NCBI GenBank assembly: GCA_964035545.1
Contig: CAXIUT010000092.1
Span: 1 to 35,057, forward strand
Length of the DNA: 35,057 bases
Reading direction: 5' to 3'
Source: Bugula neritina
Taxonomy: Eukaryota; Animalia; Bryozoa
Shown here piece by piece: positions 27,593 through 35,057 of the stretch. Under the pieces are notes generated by a model that had not been told where the DNA came from, made no database searches, and saw only the letters and a program-made list of their open reading frames with translations. A program made the translations under genes and the position numbers. Position 1 is the stretch's first letter. Every line of letters starts with the position of its first letter.

Positions 27593-28155
27593 ATGATAGA
27601 ACGTGTACGTTTGTAGAGAAAATTTGCATTTAAAGCTAAGATACCTGTAATGCAAAGGTTGAGTGAAATAGGTCAAATGATGGTTTTATTCGAGTTGAGC
27701 TTTATTCTTTTATGTTGTTTGTTATCTTTTTCACCTCACTTCCATCTTCATCATGTATAATCTTTTCGATATAGCTATTTACAACCTAATTTTGGACTGC
27801 ATAACCTATAGTTAATTCTAATCTATCTCTAGCCATCTGTTTACTATTGCTACTTCCTTATCTAATCTTTTGGCTTCAAGTTAGCGGTAGTCATGTTAAA
27901 GATTTTGTTGCTACTGCTCTTACTTTTCATCTATTGTTCTCTTTATTGATAAATTTAAGATTGACTTTGGCTTATTTAATTTTTTTGTTGGTTTTGGGAG
28001 TAATTGGCAGTGTTTTAGGAGCTTATGGAGCTATTTTACGATAACAAAAGAAGTTAATTGATGAAATTCAGTGTATTTAGGGTGCTGATAGAAGATAACA
28101 GCGGATTCCAGTTGAATAATGCTAAAAAATACAATTGCATGTGCCTGATAATTGA
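27593..28155 (+). CDS. SYS1: SYS1-like Golgi membrane protein
   Basis: Hydrophobic segments, KDFVAT...FHL and LGAYGAILR[TAA]Q (cf. LDF..T..FHL, LGEYLCMRRE). Intron 27755-27774; 181 codons. Confidence 0.6.
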
Positions 28156-28179
28156 TATATTTATATTATTAATCCTAAA

Positions 28180-28275
28180 GGGGTTGGGGTTGGGGTTGGG
28201 GTTGGGGTTGGGGTTGGGGTTGGGGTTGGGGTTGGGGTTGGGGTTGGGGTTGGGGTTGGGGTTGGGGGGGTTGGG
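28180..28275 (+). repeat. Telomere tract with one G7 variant near its end
   Basis: (GGGGTT)14GGG followed by GGGGTTGGG. Confidence 0.95.
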
Positions 28276-30287
28276 CAAAGATATTTGGCATGGAATTCAA
28301 AGTGCTCTCCAATGAAAGTAGAAACATACCAGAAACTATGATTGTATCCTCCTCGAACTTTCCAAATGTGATCGTAATTACTTTCTATCAATCCATTTCT
28401 CAAATTCTAGCATAAAAGTTTATGCTTAAACTGATCTTGACTTCCTACTTCAACTAATAAAGGTAGTTTATGAGCTTTTCCATTTTTAACCAGTTCTGTT
28501 GCATCATTTTCTAGTCCTTCTTATTCAGGTTTAGCGAAGAAAAATTTAAACCCTTTGATTCCCCAGTCAGCTGATTGTGTTGGGTTACCCATGGGAGCAA
28601 AAGCTGAAGCAGATCGATATTGTCCAGTTTTGAAAGCGGAGATGAGTGCTCCATGACCGCCCATGCTGAAACCGGTCACTGAGATATTTTTTCTGTCGAT
28701 AGGGAAGTAAGAAGATACAATATCAGGTAATTAGTTGTTAATATATGAAAACATTCTGAAGTGCTTTTTGGCTGCTTCAGAAGTAGAATCTACATAATAA
28801 CTGGCACTGTCTCCGAATTACCAGTCTTTGTCAATGTTTTCTATACCAGTATTTCTTGGACTTGTGTCAGGGAATACACAAGCTATGCGATGTTTTTTGG
28901 CAAAATAGCCGAAACCCGACTTGAGAGGGAAATTTTATTGGGTGCAAGTAAGTCCAGCAAGGCAATATAGAGCAGGGAAAGGTTTTCCTCTTTGATGCTT
29001 AACTTATTATTCAGGAATAAAGATGCCAAATGTCATTTATCCTTGGACTTAGTTGCTCCAGTGAGAAATTGTTTGATAAAGACCTCCAAATAACTTAATA
29101 GATGAAACTACTTTGAGTTTTGGATCACTTGCAGGTACTGGAGGAGGAGGAGGAGATATTTTGATAATAGCTCTTAGGGATTGTCCACTATGCAATATTT
29201 ATATTGATTAATTAACTTTCTAAAGTCCTTCAAGTTCATGAGTAACGTATTGAGCAATAGGCCATTCTCCTGTAGTAGCTTTATTTACAAGTTTAGGAAC
29301 ATCTTCAACTCCTTTCCAACCACCAAAGGCTGTTCCTAGCCATTTTCTTCCTGTAACCATTTGGAAGGAGTGCGTGGTGATAAACTTGTCACTTTAAGCG
29401 ACTCCAATAATGCAACTAGATCCAATTCCTCTATGAGCAGACTAAAAGGCTTCTTTCATGATGTTTGTGTTTCCAGTCGCATCGAAAGTATAGTTGACTC
29501 CCCATTTTTAATTTTAAAGGAGGAATGCTTTTCCACTTTTTTAAGGTGTTGGTTTGAAGCAAACATCAGCTCCGAAATGCCTAGCAATTTCAAATTTTTT
29601 ATCATTGATATCAATGGCATAGATCTTAGACGCTCCTTTTATTTTTGCACCTTGAATAGCAGCTAAACCAACTGCTCCAAGTCCCCAGACTGCTACTGTT
29701 GAACCTGCCTCAACATTACTAGTGTTCATGGCAGCTCCCCAGCCAGTACTAACTCCGCATCCAATCATGCACACTTTGTTCATGTCTGCTCTTGGGTTGA
29801 TAACTGCAGCTGATATTTAGGCAATAACACTATATTAGCTAAAAGTAGAGCATCCCATGAAATGATAGATAGTTTTTCCTTATTTGTTTTTGAATCGAGT
29901 TGTTCCATCAGGCATGACTCCTTTTCCTTGAGTTGCTCTAATAATTGGACATAGATTTGTATCTTGTCTTTAACAGTAAAGACAGCTTTTCTTCATGCAT
30001 TGAGGAGTGTAGCAGGGAATAACAATATCTCCAACTTTAACTCTGTTGACTTCTGGACCGATACTTTAGACGATTCCAGTTGCACCGAGAATGCATGGCC
30101 AGACTGATCCATCACCACTTCCGCCTTCTAGTTAATAGACATCAGTATGACATAGGGCATTGGAGATTACTTTTATTCTGACTTCTCCTGCTTTAGGTGC
30201 ATCAACCCAGACTTACTAGATGACCATGGGTTTTTTAGGTTCATAGGCAACAGCAGCTTTACATAAGATGGGTTTGATTTCAATCAT
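28276..30287 (-). CDS. FSF1: Class III alcohol (formaldehyde) dehydrogenase fused to S-formylglutathione hydrolase
   Basis: CHTD, structural-zinc cysteines, [21 protein letters not shown], Pro-rich linker, then [29 protein letters not shown]. 670 codons plus TG, cut by the telomere junction; intronless. The same fusion is described in Tetrahymena. Confidence 0.92.
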
Positions 30288-30481
30288 TTGTTCAAAATAT
30301 CTAATAAGATACGCCAACAACTAATCTCATCTATATTAATCAGAATATATTTAGAGTCCTCATAGAATAATTTTAAATGTATAAATACTGATATTTTGGA
30401 AATGAATTAAAAGTGATTAATATTTTTTGTTTTTTATATTGAATTAGGATAGATAATATTCCATTTATATCATAATATTCC

Positions 30482-32686
30482 ATGACTTCTAAAGTAAATC
30501 TATATCGTTATTTGGCAAGCACTAAAGTCAATCATCATCATACAGCCTCTCCTTCTGGATCTGTTGAAATGAACGAGAGGTTGAATGCTAAGTTGAAGGA
30601 TATAAATTTATCATTTGTAAAATATGTATATGATTCAGCAACAAAACTTTAAGTTTCAGGAGATTTATTTGGATATAATAAAAGGAAAGAAGAGTCTTAA
30701 TTCTGCTGAAATAAAGTAATATTATAAATTATTTACCACTAATAAAGCTGAATCTTTGATTTTTAGTCATTCTCTAGACTCTAATTATCAAGATGGTTTT
30801 GTCTTAGATCTAGATAAAAAGGAAGGAGTTGTCTCACTAAAGCGATTGTATTGTAGACTTATTGAAAAGATCATGGTTAAGGTAAATATAGTAATATTGA
30901 GATATCATATTATTTATCAAGTCATCGTGTTTTTAAATTTATGTATCACTAAACGGCAGAACTCATCAAAAAATGCTAATTATTGATGAGAAGACTTAAT
31001 TTATTAAAAGATACTACCAGCATAAATGAAGTTATTTCAGATGTTTACAATCAAAATTAAATATTACAACAAAAAATAATAGAATAATTGATCAATAAAG
31101 GTTTTCTTATCTCTTCTGATTAGTTTTTTAGAGTCAATGGAATTGATTTAGAACATAGATAGTTATTTCAAAGACAATAATAAAGCTAAATAAATAGCTA
31201 AGAATAAGAATAATAAATTCCTTAACAAAGTTAATTAAAATTTTAAATTAATTTTAAAACCGATTTTACTAAAAGATTTATTAAAAAAGAGTAAAAAAAG
31301 TGTAGAAAAAGTATTTTGATTCCAAAAACAGGACTTATGGAAGTTTAAAATAAATATAGAAATCTTTTGATTAATATAGATTCAATGATAAATAACAATT
31401 TTGTTGAAAAAATCACTGAAGATAAATAAGAAGATAAAGAGTCAGAAGTAAGTTAATCTAGTAAAGAAGTAGCAGATGAAAGCTAAAAATAGAGTATTTA
31501 GTCTATAAATTCAATGTAATGTAAATAGATATAAGAATATAAGAAGAGACCTCGTCATCAAACTGTTAGTAAGCCAAATAAAGTTATGAAAGGTTAAAAG
31601 AAGTCAGTGTTGGGTAAGAAAACTTTTATATCTCAAATATCTCCAACAGTAGACATTTACAAAGATTATAGATCTTAAAATTACTAGGGAAAATAGAGTA
31701 ATACAGGAGATAAAAATTTATCAAAGGATGGTAGTTCAGGTGATAAGAATGAATATTTCAAACGTAATATGTCAAGTAAAAGTATTTCAGCTAGTTTTAG
31801 TTTTTAGCCTAAAAATAAAAGTCTTAGAAAGATGTCATCTCCTTTTTTCAGTAAATCTTTTGTCAGTGCTCTTAAGTCGATGGATAAGGTTGGATTGAAG
31901 GATGTTACTAGTCGCTTGGGTGTAAAAAGGATGAGTGAGCAGATGGTAGCTTTTAATTATCCTGAAAGCGGGTAAAGTAGTGTTGTTAATAAGAAGAATA
32001 AAGGTTTTAAAATAAAGAATCATAATCATCGGACAAAAACAAATAACTCTATTATTAATTTACTGAATATTTATAAGAATAAGCAAGAGGAAGAATGTTC
32101 ATAGACAATAAAAAGAATAATGACTAAAAATACTTTACCTAATGATTTGCTTGACAGTTTTTAATCCTAAAATAATGCTGATCAGTTAAATTTATATAAA
32201 AAATAAAATTTAGCTGACATTAATTCAAGTATTTTACCTTCTAAAATATTGTTATCGAAATAGAAGGAACTTATCAATTTATCAAGTAGTTATAAGTTTG
32301 TGTCTTTAGAGAAAGAAGGATTTTCAGTGGATTCAACTCCTAGTAGCAATAAAAAAACAGAATATCTGCTACCCAAAGCGAGATTATCAACTAAATTACA
32401 GAATCAATAAAAATAGATATCAAGAATATAAAGAATATCCAGAAAAACATAATTACCTCATCAAAATCTTCCTTATTCTATCGAGTCAGTCAATCAAATG
32501 AAACGGAGGATGACAAAAATGGATGCTAATTGTGTTTTTACTAATTCAGGTATAGCTTTAGTTGAAAAGATAGGTCCTTCTATCTTGTTAAAGGAAAATA
32601 GTAATTAAAAATCAGCTGGTTTGAAAGAAATATCTACTCGAAGAGTTTAAATCTATGACAGAGTAAGAAGAGTCATGTTGAGGTGA
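30482..32686 (+). CDS. Hypothetical protein, low-complexity C-terminal half
   Basis: 721 codons after removing introns 30617-30638 (22 nt) and 30882-30901; no motif recognised. Confidence 0.5.
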
Positions 32687-32757
32687 TTGTTTAGTCTATC
32701 TGATTTGACATATATATATGAAATGACTTGATTTATAAATATTATAATTTGATAGAA

Positions 32758-33174
32758 ATGAGAGAAGGCAACGAGAAGGGAAGTCCAAGGAATAGTAAAC
32801 TTGATCAGGTTGATATTCCTTTGGCTGGCATTCGAAGGAGTTCTCTTCCGACTCATTCGGTTCGTCCTCAATCTAGTAAAAAAAGTCAATCTAAAGTATC
32901 TGTTCAACAGAACATAAATAATCAGAAAGGTCTATACGAATAAACTTACTATATATCTAGTTTACGAGATAACTATTTGACCTTGATATCTGACAATATG
33001 TAGATTTTAGAGTTGCCTTTGGGTTTAATAAATTAAAATTTGAAGATAGGCTGTCCAATAAAGTTGAAACTTTAATATGACTATAAAAGACAGCAAGCTG
33101 ACGATTCTAGATTCAAAACTATCCAGAAATAGTTATATGAATAATTTAGACCTAAACAAGAACACTAAAAATGA
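32758..33174 (+). CDS. Small protein with CHS5 N-terminal-like domain
   Basis: LTLISDNM[TAG]ILELPLGLIN[TAA]NLKIGCPIKLKL...F..IQ[..]L..[TAA]F resembles Chs5 LLTEDHHLIEFPTVLLP..I..GSI; 139 codons. Confidence 0.55.
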
Positions 33175-33273
33175 TATTATTGATTTATTTAGAATAATAA
33201 ATCAATACATTTAATTATTGTCATATTGATAGATATTTATTACTTAGAATATTAACTTATTTAAGATATAAAG

Positions 33274-33749
33274 ATGGAGAATTCTTCATTTGACATAAAA
33301 AATATCATCCATGAAAGGTTTTATCCTATTTTCAGAGCATATGATCTCGATGGCAACTCTACAATCGATTTGAGTGAGTTCAAAAGTATGCTTGCTTAAA
33401 ATTTGAACATATCCGAGTAAAGCATTTCAGAAGATCAACTGAACTGGCACTTTAAAAGAGTCGATGAAAATAGTGATGGAAAAATATCTTTTGAAGAATA
33501 TGTAATCGTAATCTAAGATAGTTTGCTTACTTCTTTAAGGACAGATTGGCACATTCTAAGAAAAAAGCAGGTAAAGAAGATGATCTCATTGATATCGATG
33601 AATTTAGAAAACTGATGGCTTCAACTTTTGGCATATTGAACCTGAGTTAATAAATGATTCAACATCATTTCAGAAAGATTGACACGAATGGATCTGGAAA
33701 GATATCCACTAAGTAGTTTTCATTATTTGTCGATAAATACAATCCTTGA
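33274..33749 (+). CDS. Calmodulin-like EF-hand protein
   Basis: Loops DLDGNSTIDLSE, DENSDGKISFEE, DTNGSGKISTK[TAG]. Intron 33502-33521; 152 codons. Confidence 0.88.
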
Positions 33750-33837
33750 TTTAGATAGCGATTTAGAAGATAATTAACTAATATTCAATCAATTTATACT
33801 ACTTTAGGTGGTTATTATTTTGGTTCTTAATTATTTC

Positions 33838-33912
33838 GGGGTTGGGGTTGGGGTTGGGGTTGGGGTTGGGGTTGGGGTTGGGGTTGGGGTTGGGGTTGGG
33901 GTTGGGGTTGGG
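33838..33912 (+). repeat. Telomere tract (GGGGTT)12GGG
   Basis: Perfect repeat 88 nt after the EF-hand stop. Confidence 0.95.
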
Positions 33913-35057
33913 TCCGTTAGATATATTTTTAGACAAATTTGAGTCGATGGTAGATCTATTCTAGCAGATCTTATCTCACGAAATCCTACATTAATAATGT
34001 TATACAGTTTTGAAGATATTGACTGTCCAATTGTCAATGATTTATATGAATCCAAACATCATGAGGGTTTGTTGTACGTGTTTGGGTTTATTTTTATATA
34101 ATTTACTTATTTATCCCAAATCGAATTTATATCTTCTGATTAACCTGTTTTTATGATAAAATAAAACTCCATTTTGAAAGTTTAAACTTGTTGTCTTGCG
34201 ATTCAACTATCTTCCTCTTCCATTGACCTTATTATAATAAACCTATATAACTCTAGTAATACCTCAACTATATTACAATGTCCTAGATCAAGTGCAGGTT
34301 CTATATCTATAAGTTTCTCACTTTTTACTAGCGTATCAATCTTTTAAAAGATTTATGAGTTATTGATTTAAATTGTTTTGTGATCACTGATAACTAGTGA
34401 TATTTTGATGTCATCTGATTTGAGATAAAGCAAAGAAAGATAGCTTTTGAGGGAGATGTCTATTGAATCAAGTAGTACACTTTAATCATTATTGTCAATA
34501 TGTTTTTTTTAGCAGCAAAAGATATCGTTATATCTAGCACTTTATTTGAGTTATAGTTATATTTATCCTCTTTAATTTTATATTTATTTCAAACCTGTAA
34601 TGAATATGAAATTCCCAACAGACTATTTTTTTTAATTTACTATCTTTAAATATGGTTTATATTGTTCTTCGATGTATTTTTTGGCTGTTTCCATGAGGGG
34701 ATCGATTAGTGATCCATTTTAGATGATATAGTAGTGGCATTGATAGGTTATATGTGTTTACTATGTTGATGTTTTTTAGATGAGGAAGACTCTTCTATAT
34801 TACTGCATGGGTCCATATCTGCTGATTAGTAACATTTTATCTCCTATTCTTAGTGATCCTAACTTAATGTTTCTACTGTATTGAATTTTATCTTGTTTTC
34901 TTTTTTGAAGGTTTTATTTTGCTATTTTCTTTCTTTTCTTTAACTACTTCTACAACTATTTATCTCTCGCTTATTTCTACTTTATCTATTTCAACTATTT
35001 TGCCTCTTTTGTCTCTTTTATCTACTTCATCTATTTGTTTAGAATGTTGGTGTGGTG
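33913..35057 (-). CDS. MORC: MORC-family GHKL ATPase, internal fragment (S5-fold region)
   Basis: GNFIFITGLK, ISLKSYLSLLYLK, GVLFYHKNRLI, FGFI[TAA], KTDF match MORC motifs. Introns 34243-34262, 33986-34005. Truncated at both ends. Confidence 0.75.

Noticed and set aside
27731-28140. Minus-strand coiled-coil-like frame
   Set aside because: It has no suitable start codon, and the plus strand gives a complete SYS1-like gene with a consensus intron.
996-32943. Many short ORFs suggesting pseudogenes or small proteins
   Set aside because: They result from using the standard code and ignoring 20-nt introns; the genes are intact under code 30. Several are antisense shadows.
403-33749. Ciliate code 6 (TAR=Gln), or a split code with different TAA and TAG meanings
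   Set aside because: Both codons fall on invariant Glu positions, and conserved Gln uses CAA/CAG.
11538-33912. Internal tracts as telomere-bearing transposon ends, IES boundaries or CRISPR-like repeats
   Set aside because: No inverted pairs, target duplications, transposase, spacers or cas genes; the flanks are unrelated housekeeping genes.
19959-34055. ORFs with GLGLGL, PNPNPN or PTPTPT runs
   Set aside because: These are translations of telomere repeats, not proteins.

Overview
AT-rich ciliate macronuclear DNA. TGA is the only stop codon and TAA/TAG read as Glu (NCBI code 30, known from peritrichs), so the supplied ORF track only shows fragments. Six (GGGGTT)n telomere tracts divide the window into six pieces. 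Piece 1 (1-11606) is a complete telomere-to-telomere 11.6 kb minichromosome with nine genes. Each later piece starts abruptly inside a gene right after the previous G-strand telomere, which points to chimeric joins. About 22 protein genes were read by hand, including a CDPK7-like kinase, SDF2, CFAP96, PDIA6, a Rab, ATG4, CCT4, an OSCA/TMEM63 channel, TyrRS, NADAR, a large furin-repeat surface protein, PIG-T, SYS1, an ADH3-SFGH fusion, a CHS5_N protein, an EF-hand protein and MORC. Three signals stand out: (1) 31 inferred introns are almost all exactly 20 nt and all fit GTA...A(-6)NNNAG; (2) all six telomeres end in the same TTGGG register; (3) the ADH3 domain of the fusion lacks the catalytic-zinc His-Glu. 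All family calls come from manual motif recognition; no searches were run.
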